From contig NC_092678.1 in assembly GCF_964355755.1 (NCBI RefSeq), positions 21,903,365 through 21,967,364 of the forward strand: 64,000 bases of DNA, read 5' to 3'. The position numbers and the translations under genes are program-made. This document shows, one piece after another, positions 23,793-37,500 of the stretch (positions are counted from its first letter, which is position 1; every line of letters starts with the position of its first letter). A model generated the notes under the pieces. It worked only from the letters and a program-made list of their open reading frames with translations. It made no database searches and had not been told where the DNA came from. The stretch is from Antedon mediterranea (Eukaryota; Animalia; Echinodermata).

Positions 23793-26700
23793 ATGGCAGT
23801 TGATGGCCAAGAAACGCATCGTTCAGGAACTTTAAAACAGAAAAATAAGACACATAAAACAGGTCGACATCGTAGTAAAGGACAACTAGAGACCATATCT
23901 AAAGGTACACCTTTAAAGAATTACCTAAATAGTATTAATTGTTATAGTTTTTTAGGCTAGGCCCGACGTCAAAACCAACTTTACTTGTTGTTGGAACAGG
24001 AAACTGGCCAGTGAGATCAATTTCCTGAGGCCTACTGTAGGCCTACCTTATCTAGGATGTTATCAGATGTTTTATGTAGTATGATTTAGTTACTATCTAC
24101 AAACTATCATATCTTTTTATATTATATTAATCCACAACATAAATTACTACTACAATACATAAGCATATCTGCAATTCATTTTCACTTTTTCATAATAAAA
24201 TAAATCATAATACAGTACACAGTATTAATAATAATATAATAAAAAAAACACTTTTTTTCTCAATGAAAAATGGTTTTCTTTTTTACCTACATTACAGGTA
24301 GAGTTAGTGTTAAAACAATAAGCAAGAAATTACGTAAGGACCTTTCCAAAAACCAGCGACGACATCAGGTTTGTAGATTCGCGTCATTATTTTGTTTGAA
24401 AAAATCTAACCATATTTTTATACCACTAATGTCTTTGAAATTTGTCTTAAAATTGTTTTTATTTTTTTTTGTATGTTTAAATTCAAATTATAAAGAAGGT
24501 GTTTGCTCATTCCCAAAGTCTGACACTTCTTTAATTTCTTGTTTTAAATTTTTATTTTAGGCAAACCAAATACGACAGAAGAAGAAAGATGATGTGATAA
24601 ACAGAAAGAGAAAAATTGGAGGGAAATATGGTGCACCCCATCTTGTGGTAATTAAAAATAGGGAGAGGGATTTCGGGAAAATGGTTGAGAAACCAGTGTC
24701 TCCTCTACAAAAACATTTCATCCTAATATCTTAAAGAATTTATGCACTTGTCAATTGTATGACCCACTATACAACCCTGGGAGAGGTGCAACATTTACAA
24801 ACAAAATGTTATTGTTTTGTAAAAAAACCTAGATGGTATGTCACATCAATGAACAATGGTGTGTCAATGTATGTCACTTAACACCCACCTGTCATGGTCA
24901 CCTAAAGGTAAGTCACCTTTTTTGATGCAGGTGTGTGATGGTAGTTCAAGTTCAAGTTAAAATTTATTGTCAAATACACAGTAAATGAAATTTGCCTTCC
25001 AAGGTTCAAATTACAATAAAAATAACAACAGTTAAAAAACATACAATAGTACTATACAATGGATGTATAAGGTATGACGCACATTGACAAATGAGGGGGG
25101 GGGGGGGGCTAGTATATTGGGTCATACAATTGATAAGTGCATTATAATAAATGATTATTAAAATAAATGTGACATTATTATCATTATTAATGATTGTATT
25201 TTATGCAAGAGTGATGATTGAATGTTCTTTTAAAGACTGTATTCTGTGCTCATCAAGAAACTGACGTAAACAATGTGGTAAACTTACTGAAGTCATGTGA
25301 CGAATCGGCAATAATCAGCCAATCAGAAAGCGGGTTAACATGTGACATAAGGTAGAGTGGTATTCTGTGTAACTTGTCCTAAGTTTTGGTAATTTTTTCT
25401 ATTTTATTGTAATAAAATTACAGTAGGACACTTATTAAAGCTCTGTCTACATTATCAAACTTTATGTGACAACAAAATATGTCATATCACTACCATATTT
25501 AAGAATATATATATTTGGGCACGTCACACTTTTTTTATCAAACTAGTTTGATAGTGTAGACAGAGCTTAAGAGAATACCGTACCTTCGGGACCCAACAAA
25601 GTGTCCCCTTAATATGGATTTTCCCTGAATAAGGGTTGGCCATAGTCTAAATGTTTGTTTCGCAGGAAATAGTAGGTGTGTCCCTTGAATAGATGTGTCG
25701 TCCCAAAGGAGAGTTTTACTGTATCGTTTCTTATATATTCATTTCTTTAACAGTATTCCTAGATTTAAACAACGCTTCACATTACTTCTTCCTCCTCCGG
25801 ACCTCAAATCGATTCTGGACGCTGCTAAAGCGTCCGACTCAATAGTAGCCGTGCTCTCACCGGACGAAGGCTGGGACGCATGGGGTGAACTATGCCTAAC
25901 CAGTCTGTTTGCACAAGGATTGCCAGCTACCACACTTCTGTTACAGGTAAGGTTACGATACAATACGATAAAACTTTATTGTCACAACGGCAAAAATATA
26001 CAGTTATGAGATATGGTAATACAGCAAACTGTCAAGATCTGTAGGGATACTGTATCTTAATTTGTTTCGTATCTTGGAAAGGTTCTAGGATACAGTATCA
26101 CATGTTCATCACATGTTACGTTTATATATTTTAGAAATTCATTCATGATACTATACAAATTATAATATTTGATCCACTGGGAGAATTGGCGTATTCAGAG
26201 GAGTTGATTATAAATATGAATTATATAATTGAGAGCGAGGACTATGTATTTTAAAAATACTTTTATGTTTTGTCTGTATGAATGTTGTAATGTGTTGTTG
26301 ATAACATTATATATTATTTTTTCTTGGTGTACAAAGGGCATGGTAGATTTATCAATCAAAAAGAAATCAGAATCAAAAAAGAACTTACAGAAGATTATAG
26401 AAAAGAGGCAAGTTTGTTTGTAAAAAAAAAATAAAATTGATCACTTAATTTTTGATAATTCATCATGATCTTTCAGGAATTGTTTGACATACATTTTATA
26501 ATCTATTTTCTCTTTCATGGAAAGGTTTCCAAAAGAAAAGATATACACGTTAGACTCGGCGCAAGATGCAATATTGTTATTGCGTCACCTAGGTGACCAA
26601 AAGTTGTCATCAATCAGGTGGCGTGACACACGCCCTCATATTCTAGCACGAAGTGTGAACTTTGAACCTAACCCTGAACAGGTACGTAGTGTTCTACATT

Positions 26701-29700
26701 ATATAAGTTTTTTTATTTGCATTTCACATGATTTAAATACTATTTAATAGTCAAACAAAATTATTGTTTTAAAAATAATTGTATTCTTTAATTTTATTTT
26801 GTCATTCAAGTGTCTTCTTGGAACTCTTAAAGTGTCGGGGTTTTTACGAGGACGACCTCTGTCTGTAAATGGTCTAATTCACATACCAGGGTATGGAGAA
26901 TTCCAAATGAAAGAGATTGATTCACCACCTGACCCTTGCCCTTTGAAATCGCATCCAAGAAAGAAAAAAAGTAAAGCTGATGAAATGAATATTGTAAGTA
27001 GAAATAATTAGAATAGTATTGAATATGAGTATTGCATATATGAATATGTATGAGTAATTGCATATATGAATATGTATGAGTAATTGCATATATGAATATG
27101 TATGAGTAATTGCATATATGAATATGTATGAGTATTGCATATGAATATGTATGAGTAATTGCATATATGAATATGTATGAGTATTGCATATGAATATGTA
27201 TGAGTATTGCATATGAATATGTATGAGTATTACATATGAGTATGTATCAGTATTGCATGTATGAATATGTATGAGAATGCTAATAAGTGACCTTTATTCA
27301 TAATCATAGGATGAAGATAAAGATCAAGCAATGGACGAAGACATAAACGTATTGGAGGTCGTTGACACGGCTAAGCAGGAGTCACTGCAAGCCGAGGCAG
27401 AGATGGATCCGATGGAAGGAGAGCAAACATGGCCAACAGAGGAAGAGATGGCGGATGCTGAAGGTATGCCATGTTGAAAATATGAAACAAAATATGTTTC
27501 TATTTTATACCTACTGTAGGCTAGTTAGCTCATCCTAGGCCAGGCTGCCTGTACTGCCTCCCGGGACAGCCTTCTTGATCCTTATAGGCTATCCTTGCTC
27601 TATGTCAACATAATCATTAGTCTGTTTAATCCTAGACCAGTCTTCTTCAAGGTCAACCTGATCGTTGGTCAAACCTTTTCCTAAGCCACCACCATCATCA
27701 TCAATTCATGTTCTAATTTATTTGTTTTTAGCTGCCCTGAAAGACAAGACAAAGAAAATATTAAGGAAGGTTCCCAAAGGAACGTCTGAATATCAGGCGG
27801 CCTGGATACTGGACAATGAAGAGGAAGAAGAAGAATCCGTGAGTAATATAATATTTAAATTATCTTGCTGGTTAAATCCTTTAAACAGATGAGCATAGTT
27901 TGAAATTAGGCATGTATTACAATCCTGTTGGTGCAGTACCCGCTGCTTACTGGGGCTCAAATCTAACCCCTAGCCATCAGCCCAAGCTCGGTCTAGAGGT
28001 ATGAACGCCAGGGGGTCGATCTGGAGGTTATGGGTTAGAGTTTCACCTGAGAATTACTTGCATACACAATAGGGAACTAAATCCCATGTATCTTAAATTA
28101 ATTTGGAATAATTTTATGAAATTAATAATAACTAGTATTACTTTGATTCTTTTAGAGTGAGGATGAAAGTGAAAATGATGATGCCTCAATGCAAGATGAA
28201 GACAACCTGCAAGCAAGAGAAATCAGTGATGAAGAGGGTGACATGGCTAGCATTGCAGATACAAATGATTTTGAAACTGTAAGTATTAAGCTCTGTCTAC
28301 ACTATCAAACTTTATGTGATGTGCCCATATATGTGACCCGATCTGGCAAAACCCTACTTTTGTAGGAAATATTCATTTTGTATTTTTTTATATATTTGGA
28401 TTATTTGAATCATAAGCTTTGCAATGGTGTTTATTTCATAAAAATTGAGTAAATATTTAAAAAGTTATTATATTTTAAAAACTTACAAATCATTCAATTA
28501 GTTTACGAGAAAATCGCGTTTGAAGTTTGCAATAATGAAATTCTTTTTGATACGCGCTGAAAACTCACTCCGTAGCAACGCGGTATTTTGGTCTAAGGGA
28601 AGTGTATGCGATATAGCAGCAGCGTGGCCACTATGGTCAATTTGACTGATTTCAGACGCCGTTTTAACCTATTTAGTCACTCGAATTAACTATTTTGCAC
28701 TATTGAAAAGCAGCATTATAACTACCAAGCTAATGTTAACTGGTTTCGGAAGTGTTTACGATATCAACAACAAAAAACCAAGCAGACCAAGCTTGGCCTA
28801 GGCGCGCCTATTCAGATTTTCGCCGTCATCGCCTGAAAGATGGGTGTTCATCAGGTCGTGTATTGCAGCGGTGCATCAACAACACGGGGGCTAGCGTTAG
28901 CCTAGACAAGTTGGCCGCCTTGCAGTGTCACAGCTAATTGCAAGCTTACATTGTATTGACATTTACATTTGTTTTTTTTTATAACGTGGAAGATTCGCTG
29001 TGATGTTTGGGCTTGAATCCAATGATTTAAAAAAACAACTGGACAATAAATTAAATAATTAAGAGCCGATTGGATATATAAAATGTATAAATAAAACTAT
29101 TGACAATAATATAAAGCTAAGCCCAGTAGTAGTAGGCCTACAACCATAATATTTAATAGAATTAGGCCTAGGGCCTACCCCAAAAAAGTGTAAAAAATAC
29201 AATTGAATTTATGACGTGAATTGTTTTTGACTTGTCTATTTTACTATGAAATAAACAAATACACACTACAGCTATTGCAGAACACTTTACTTTGAATATT
29301 AAAATCGTTTTTATTCCAATTTACGACATGCTGTGTGTAAAATAAAAATAACCTTACAAAAATGTAAACAACTTTTTATTTCCGCGCGTAGAGAGTATAA
29401 CATCTAGCGCGTTGACCAATAACGTTTGTTATTGCGATGATGCGCCATAGCAACACACGCAGTTCGCTGTTCCAGAAACTTCGAAGAACCGAATTTTCTG
29501 AAATTATGTCATAGTAAATCAAAGTTTTCATTGGTTCCTTCTTTAAACTCCGCCCTAAAACTTCCATATTTGGAATGTCAAATGGATGAGCTTTATTTTG
29601 ATGTGTGACCTTTCAATATTGTGCAGCGAACTGGCGATCAAAATGTCGTAAAGCTCGGCAACTTTCAACTGAATTTACGCAAAATTTTAGCGTAGATCGT

Positions 29701-32700
29701 GAATAAATTGTTAGGCTTGAGGAAAATACATGTTTTTAAAACTCTCTTTTTTCATAATTTTAGTTAAATTTCGGGAGTTTAAATCAGGTAGACGTATTCT
29801 TAAATAGTGAAATATTTCGAAAATGCAAAAACATGTAATCTGCCAGGGCAGTCGATTTGGACGTATTTTGACTGATTACGTGAATTTTGAATTGCCGACA
29901 TACAAAGAGAGGGTTTTGCCAGACATGGACATGGACATGTCATATCACTACAATATTTGGGCACATCACACTTTTTTGTCAAACTAGTTTGATAGTGTAG
30001 ACAGAGAAAACCTGCCAATACCATACACTCTTGAGCTAGCCCAGAATCTCTGGTTTTTAATTTTGTTTTATGACGTGGTCTGTCTTGTTAGAATAGGGCC
30101 TTTTGTATAGAGAATACTGAATATTTATATGTAAATTTAGTTATAATGAAACTGGAAATAAACTGTAAATTTGAAGTGTTTTTTTATCTTTAAAGATCAG
30201 TATAACAGGAGGACAGAAAGATAATTATGATAAAGTTCATTTTGATGAAGAAGAAGACCTAGAAATGTAAGTCAATCTTTCCTCTGAATTTATGTTTAGA
30301 CGCACTCTTGATGTACAATACATGTCTAGGCCTAGTCTTGTTGCACTTGTCTAGGCCCTGGAGTTATTGAACTTGTCTAGGCCTAGGCTTATTGCACTTG
30401 TCTAGGCCTAGGCGTTTTACACTTGTCTAGGCCTACCATTGCTGGGGTTATTACCCTTGCCTAGGCCTAATGACTTTTCATAATTGTTTTGGTTGTTTTC
30501 TGCTAGGCTCAACAAATACAGAGAAGAGAGAATGAATGCAATGTTTCCAGATGAAGTTGATACACCTAGAGACGTAACAGCAAGAACTAGATTTGCCAGG
30601 TAACTGAAATTAGGATGCGGCGGAGGATTACCAATTAAAGATCTATGTTATTATATATATTAGAATACCCTCCTTTGGATATTCCTATTCAGGGGAAACC
30701 TCTATTAAGTGGACACTTTGCTGTCTCCCGAATGTATATGGATTTTTTTACACGAGTTTTTTGCGGACGGAATTCAAAGAAATATAAAATATTTTTAGAA
30801 TATTTTAGTTATTAGTTATTTACTACAATTTGTAAAGCTATATCATTATATTTATTTATATCATATTTTTTATTTGTTTTTCAATATTTTTTCAATCATT
30901 TTTTATTTATATAGGTATAGGGGTCTTAAAAGCTTCCGGTCTTCTCCGTGGGATCCCAAGGAGAATTTACCGCTAGACTATGCTAGAATATTCCAATTTC
31001 AGAATTTTAATCGTACGAAGAAAAAAGTTGAGAAACAGGAGATTGAAACGGATGTACAACCTGGGATGTATATAACAATACATATAGTGAATGTACCAAA
31101 GTCATTTATAGGTTAGAGTGTTTTTAGTAATAATTATACCTTATATGTTTATTGCATTGTACTAGTAGACTGTATTAATTGAAACAATGCATTTATATTC
31201 AACCAAACAGTTAAGCTCTGTCTACACTATCAAACAAAAAAAGTGCCCATTTATAGACATGATGTCATCATATCACTACCATATTGCTCAGCGCTTAGAG
31301 GTGCCCTGAATTATGCACTATATTAAATTGAACATTATTATTATATATAGAGGTAAAGAAGAATATAGGCTTTGTATATTAAATTTTTATAGCATATTAT
31401 TTAATTTTTAGATGATTATAATGCAGAGAAGCCACTAGTACTGTTTGGGCTTTTACAACATGAACAAAAGGTAAGCAAATAATTTGCGTTAATATAGTGT
31501 ATTAAAGATATTTTTTACAGACCATCAAATACAAATTTTCGCACTGAATATGTAGGCAGATGTCTGAATCTGCCCAAGTGCACAAGTTTCCAAAACAAAA
31601 ACCCATATTAATTAATTAGGAGCATTTGCCAGTTACTTATTGTCATCATCTATCAAATTTTTTTTAAAATTATTTTTTCAGATGTCTGTGTTACATTTTG
31701 CACTCAAGAGGCAACAGAGCTATGCAGAGCCAATCAAATCAAAGGACCGGTTAATATTTCAGACTGGATACAGGTCATTTACAGCCTGTCCAATCTTTTC
31801 ACAACACACAGTTGGTGACAAACAAAAGGTAAAATGTTTTGATGATTTGCTAAGTACCATACTGAGAACTTATAGGATAGGGTGTATATAACCAAATGAT
31901 TATACATATAAATGTACAAAGCTAATGCATGTACATTACCTACTCAGATATAGGCCCACCCTGGGGTGTAAGCAACTTCTTTCCTAATTGCTTAATCTTT
32001 TGATTAATTTTTGTTTAGTATGAACGGTTCTTTCCAATTGAAGGAGTCACTGTTGCTAGTGTGTATGCACCAGTTGTTTTTCCACCAGCAAATATTCTAG
32101 TATTCAAGGAATTACCAGGAGGTGAGTTGATGGGTCCATTTGTGTCTAATGAGCATGGTATAATCCATTGAGGGATCAGCTCAAAAAAGTGTTTCTAATT
32201 TAGTATTAATATCTCCTGACTTTTGAATTATGAAGTCATCTTCTTTATTTTGCAGGGTCACATGTGTTAGTTGCTACAGGAACGTTGCTCAGCGCAAACC
32301 CTGATCGGGTCGTCGTCAAGAAGGTGGTGCTTAGTGGTCATCCATTTAAAATTATGAAAAGACAGGCTGTGGTCCGTTACATGTTCTTTAATAGAGGTTT
32401 GTAATTTATCAATACAAAAAATATATTGAACTTCGGGACCCAACAAAGTATCCCTTTAATAAGGGTGTCACATAGAGGCTCTACTGTATACTAAAAGTAG
32501 TAATGAGATGTCTATACTGAAGTCTTTACATAAGTCTTGACCCTTATAACCTTACCTTACCATATAAATAATATTTTTATTTTTGCGCAGAGGACATACT
32601 ATGGTTTAAGCCAATCGAATTGAAGACAAAATGGGGTCGACGAGGTCATATTAAAGAACCTTTAGGTGAGTGACACAATTATGATAGTAAAATTGAGGCA

Positions 32701-32956
32701 CATTTCGATTGTGCCGTATTCGTAATTTTTATAATTTCTGATGTTGTATAATAACATTTTACTAATTTTTACAGGAACTCATGGGCATATGAAATGTATA
32801 TTTGACGGCCAGATGAAGTCACAGGACACTGTGCTAATGACGCTGTACAAACGCATATACCCAAAGTGGACGTATGACGTAGAGGGCAGTAAAGGCCTTG
32901 AAATAACACCAGCAACGATTGGGAGCTGCACATATGTTGAAGATTATATGGAATGA
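23793..32956 (+). CDS. TSR1: Pre-rRNA-processing protein TSR1 (40S biogenesis factor)
   Basis: 20 exons: 23793-23904, 24298-24368, 24561-24647, 25236-25351, 25754-25946, 26337-26407, 26525-26681, 26811-26993, 27310-27463, 27732-27838, 28156-28278, 30196-30266, 30507-30599, 30915-31111, 31412-31470, 31682-31828, 32019-32121, 32256-32396, 32591-32665, 32775-32956. Motifs [76 protein letters not shown]. Confidence 0.96.
24743..25141. mobile_element. TWA-TSD MITE, family B (degraded copy in a TSR1 intron)
   Basis: TIRs tgcacttgtcaattgtatgaccc / gggtcatacaattgataagtgca; TTA TSD; homologous to 61019-61349. Confidence 0.85.
25439..25567. mobile_element. Family A MITE nested in a Tc1/pogo-like MITE (~25420-25723)
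   Basis: Clean TAA TSD; host has ta-cagtagga...ttttactg-ta ends and gtgtcccctt motifs. Confidence 0.8.
27020..27280. repeat. Minisatellite, 23-26-bp unit, about 10 copies, in a TSR1 intron
   Basis: (gagt(a)attgcat(at)atgaatatgtat)n; it accounts for the two repetitive minus-strand ORFs here. Confidence 0.95.
28332..29923. mobile_element. ~1.6-kb non-coding TIR element inserted into a family A MITE
   Basis: IRs tctggcaaaaccct (28342) / agggttttgccaga (29910-29923); MITE halves at 28289-28331 and 29924-30006. Confidence 0.8.
30320..30470. repeat. Degenerate ~25-bp tandem repeat
   Basis: About 6 copies of cacttgtctaggcctagg..ttg. Confidence 0.8.
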
Positions 32957-33632
32957 TAGTTTGCTTTGGCATGATGGGATTGCACAATATTTTAAACTTT
33001 GTGAAGCATATTCACATTTGATGTATTTAATTGGATACTTCAGGATTGCAATTTTAAATTTATTTTAAAGAGATCTTTGGCTTGTCTGTTTTTAACCGCC
33101 CTCTACAGCCCTCTGTACTTTAACATTGAGTACTGTATTGGTTTTTCCATTATTTCAATTGCTAAGCTTAGTTAGTAGAGAATAAAAAGCTTACGTTAAT
33201 TAATATTTACCATTCAAATAAAATGTTATGTTTCTGTTGAGCAGAAAGGTTTCCAATCGGATACGCCAATTGCATGTTGGGTTTTATTGATATTTTAGTT
33301 GCCTCATTTTAATGAGAAGCCATGCAAGCTCTACCACGAAATGGAAATAAAAATAAACTATGTAGATAGATGGTGTTACTGATTATGATGTTAGTATTAG
33401 TATTTGCGTGAATTGAAGCATTGAATCACAACATAGCCTTTTATAGCATAATCTACTTTTTAATAATTCTTTTAAGAAGTTAAAACAACTCCTTTTTTAT
33501 TTAGGCTAATCATTAATTTTGTATAAACTGTCCCCAGAGAAGTGGTAATCACAGTCCCAAAAATGAATTCACAGTATTGTATATAAAATAAACCTTGACA
33601 TTTCACACCTGCCTTGTATTTCGACTCCAACT

Positions 33633-33945
33633 AACTTGAGTGGCCAAGCGGTTAAGACAGTGGAACCGTAATTACGTAGCCATAACATCGGCAGGGGTTC
33701 GTGGCTCACTCACTCCATGGTTCTGGTGGTAGAACGAGTCTTCTCGGATAAGGACTATAAACCGTAGGTCCAGTGTACACATCTAGCTCGTGTGCACTTT
33801 AAAGAACCTAGTACATCTTTCGAGACGAGTAGGGGGTTACCCCGGTGTATTAGTACATCACAGCCGCTGATCACCAACTGGGCTCTCTGGGAGACCAGTC
33901 TTTGACTGAAGAGGTTACCCAGTATAAATATAAATTTCAATCAAT
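33633..33945 (+). mobile_element. tRNA-headed SINE with the same Deu/Nin-type core
   Basis: A-box tggccaagcgg, B-box-like ggttcgtggct, core 33740-33847 closely matching 12715-12824, (caat)n tail. Confidence 0.8.
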
Positions 33946-34522
33946 CTACCACACTTTAGAATTTAGCCTCAAAACTATTTTATGAAGCCTTAAGGTCAAT
34001 CCACATAAAAAGTAACAAATAATAATAATTTGATGATTTTACAGAGAACGTTGAAGTGGCAGAATATTTTCGTTTCTGTGGAGTACGAATTTGTCTAATT
34101 TTAATGCTTTTATTTGTGAAATACATGGTTTAATTTCAATAATATTATGTCAATGTTTTGTACATTTGTAGTTAAAATACAAGACAGGTGCGAAAGGGAA
34201 CTAGCTTGTATTTTCATTACATACAACACATTGTAATTACGCTTGAAAACCGTACACCTGGAAGCTACATGAGTTTATGCAAATTTTATAAAAAGATACA
34301 CAGCGCCACCAATAAACGCTAACGTTTTTTTTATATTAACTGTTGTTTGTTGTTGATTGTTTACTCCATAATAATTCCGCCTGGCGCGTGTCGTGTGCTA
34401 AGTTTTCCTTTACTCACGTACCTAAATATTCTTACTTGAAATGTTAATTTAAAGTGTTCATAGTAACACAAAATACCATCAATAGAACACGTAAATCACA
34501 TAGAAGTAATTTTATATCAATT

Positions 34523-37500
34523 ATGAAGCTTTCCGATCAAGTAATTCGGAATTTTCGTGTCGCAAAGCTTTTCAAGGATCAGAACACAGCAAAAATCAAC
34601 AGTGTTGATTTTTCACATAATGGCGAAACTTTAATATCCAGTAGTGATGATGATTCAATTGTTATTTATGATTGCTTAGAAGGAAAGTACGTGCTAACAT
34701 ACTTAGTAGTTTTTAGTCAAACATTTACAAAAAAGTACATTTTTTTAGTTTTAAAGTGTGTCGGTATTTCATTCGAAAATTCGGGAACGCCATTTTCGGC
34801 TTGGGACGAAACGACTATTTATCAGTGATACCGCCTGTGTGTGCGTTAGATTTAAAGATGATTTGGGATGCATAAAAAACAGGGTCAGGTGGCCTAGGTA
34901 CCCAACCCTTTATGAATTGGTTAAAATTCAAATTAACTAATTTGTTTAACTCTAATTGATAGAATACCCCATTTTCTGCATAATCCATTAATAATTTGGT
35001 AAATCAATTTATTCATAAATGTTGCAATAAATACATTTTTTTTAATTTTATCTAAAAAAAGAAAACACATTGATTGCAACTACAGTGTAATTTATGCACA
35101 GTAGGTAGCAGGCAATCTAGACTATTATTTATTACAAACAAACAAGGTATCTATTTGATAATTTAACAAAGTGTATTATTGACTTCATCGTCAAATAAAT
35201 AAGTTCAGCCCGCGTACACTACAAAATAAACATTTTATAAATAACACTAGGCCTACAGCTTTTTTTTTAGCGGGACGCATTGAACTTTTTTATTTTTAAA
35301 GATAAATTGACAAATATGTTTATATATTGTGGAAATTAATTCATCCACATACAGTATTCTTAATGATTTTTAAACATTTTTTCTCTTATTTAACAGACCT
35401 AAAAAGACATTGTACAGTAAAAAATATGGAGTCGACCTTATTCGTTTTACCCATGCCCAGAACACATGTATTTATAGCTCAAACAAAATTGACGACACGA
35501 TTCGATACTTGTCTCTACACGACAATAAGTTCATCCGGTATTTTCCAGGACACACACGAAAGTAAGTTCTGTACAGTACAGTGCTTTTCTAAATTTATTA
35601 TTTTACTTTTTATCTTTATGAGTAAAAACAAATGTCAATAAATAAACATTTTCTTGTGGCAGAATCGATTACGAAACTATATACAGTAGTAGCATAATAT
35701 TATAATACCGGAAAATATGTTTGCTTAATTTATACTTGAATTTGCATAATTTAACTATGTATAATTTATTTGCATTATTAAATTTTCATAATTTATTAAA
35801 TATGTATAATTTAATGCATATACATGTAAAAAAAAAATATTGTTTTTAATTCTTGCAGAGTTGTAAGTTTATCAATGTCGCCGATTGATGACAGTTTTCT
35901 ATCGAGTTCATTCGACAAAACTATACGGTTATGGGACTTGAGGTCACCGAATTGTCAGGTAATAGACATAGAAGTGTTGTTGTCTCAGAAGTGCGTGTTT
36001 AAAACTCTGTCTACACTATCAAACTAGTTTGACAAAAAAAAGTGTGATGTGCCCAAATATGGTAGTAATATGACATCATCATGTCCATATGGGCACATTC
36101 ACATTTTGTTGTCACATAAAATTTGATAGTGTAGACAGAGCTTAAGAAAGCAGATGCAGGACATGAGAATCTTCCTCCTATAATTCCCCCTAAAAATAGT
36201 CCCTAAAATGACACAGAATTGTTTACACTTTGCAGGGAATGATGCAGCTTCAAGGGAGACCGGTGGCAGCATTCGATCCCGAAGGATTAATTTTTGCTTG
36301 CGGAATAAACTCGGAAATGATAAAATTGTATGACCTTCGTTCATTTGATAAAGTAAGTTTTTGTAATATTACAGATTATGCGCACATTGGGATACATATG
36401 AGCAAGCATGGAATGAATTATTGGACATGGTTGAGTGGCTCGTCAATGTGATAAATAAGCTGACCACCAGTATATTTATATTTTACCTGTTTTGCTTATT
36501 GGTCTTGTAAAATGTAATGGACAGCGAGTTTAATCTAAATTAAAATCTTTAGTAATTTTTTTTTCTCTTTTATATGTACCTTTTAAAGGGTCCTTTTACG
36601 ACGTTCCGCTTACAACAAGATCGAGATTGCGACTGGACCGGACTTAAATTCAGCTCGGATGGTAAAATGATCCTAATCTCAACAAATGGACCAGTTATTC
36701 GTCTTATTGACGCTTTCTCTGGACATGCGCTACAATCGTACATGGTACAGTAATATTCAATTCAATATTTAACTTCATAAACATTTTCTATAGCATTTTT
36801 TTAATAAGAATCTTGGCCCCCACAGGGGTCTGGTTATATCTTTGTACCAGACAAACAAGATAGATAAAATAAACAAAATGATTAAGTGTACGTACAGGTA
36901 ATTTTTTTCGCCTCTTACCTTCAACACTAATGTTGCCACCTTCAATATTACAATAGTAAGCTGTTTTAATACTTTGAATTGTCACGGTTTATTAAACATT
37001 TTTGTGTTTGTTTTGCAGGGTCACATGAATCAAAAAGGCATTTTATTGGAAGCATCGTTCAGCCCGGATGCACAATTTGTTTTGTCAGGTAAATAAATAA
37101 ACAAAGCATGTATCATGCATGAATTTGTAAAGTTTATATATATTTTGGTATATTGTATTCAACATATAAATAAAAAAAAAAAAAAACTATTGCAGCCCAA
37201 AGAGCTGAATTTGCCGAAATACGTACACGTACGTATTCATGAATGAATTGAAATGTAAATAATCCCAAATGATCAGCAAATGCTGGATGGATCACCCTCA
37301 TTAAATATGGTTAAAATAAAAATAAATATACAGATTGCAGAAATAATAACATTAAATTGACAGCATCAAGGAATTTACAAGAAACACAATGTACAAAAAA
37401 TGCAGTCAGGTTAAAAAATAATTACTACAGGCTCTGAGTTGAAAAATCATCCTGCACATGATTACAATCATATGATCATGTGCAAAATTACTTGAACCCT

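Noticed and set aside
26827-27212. His/Tyr/Ile-rich ORFs on the minus strand
   Set aside because: Translations of the intronic minisatellite.
34454-34522. N-terminal extension of WDR82 in the ORF track
   Set aside because: Begins at GTG; the conserved protein starts MKL at 34523.
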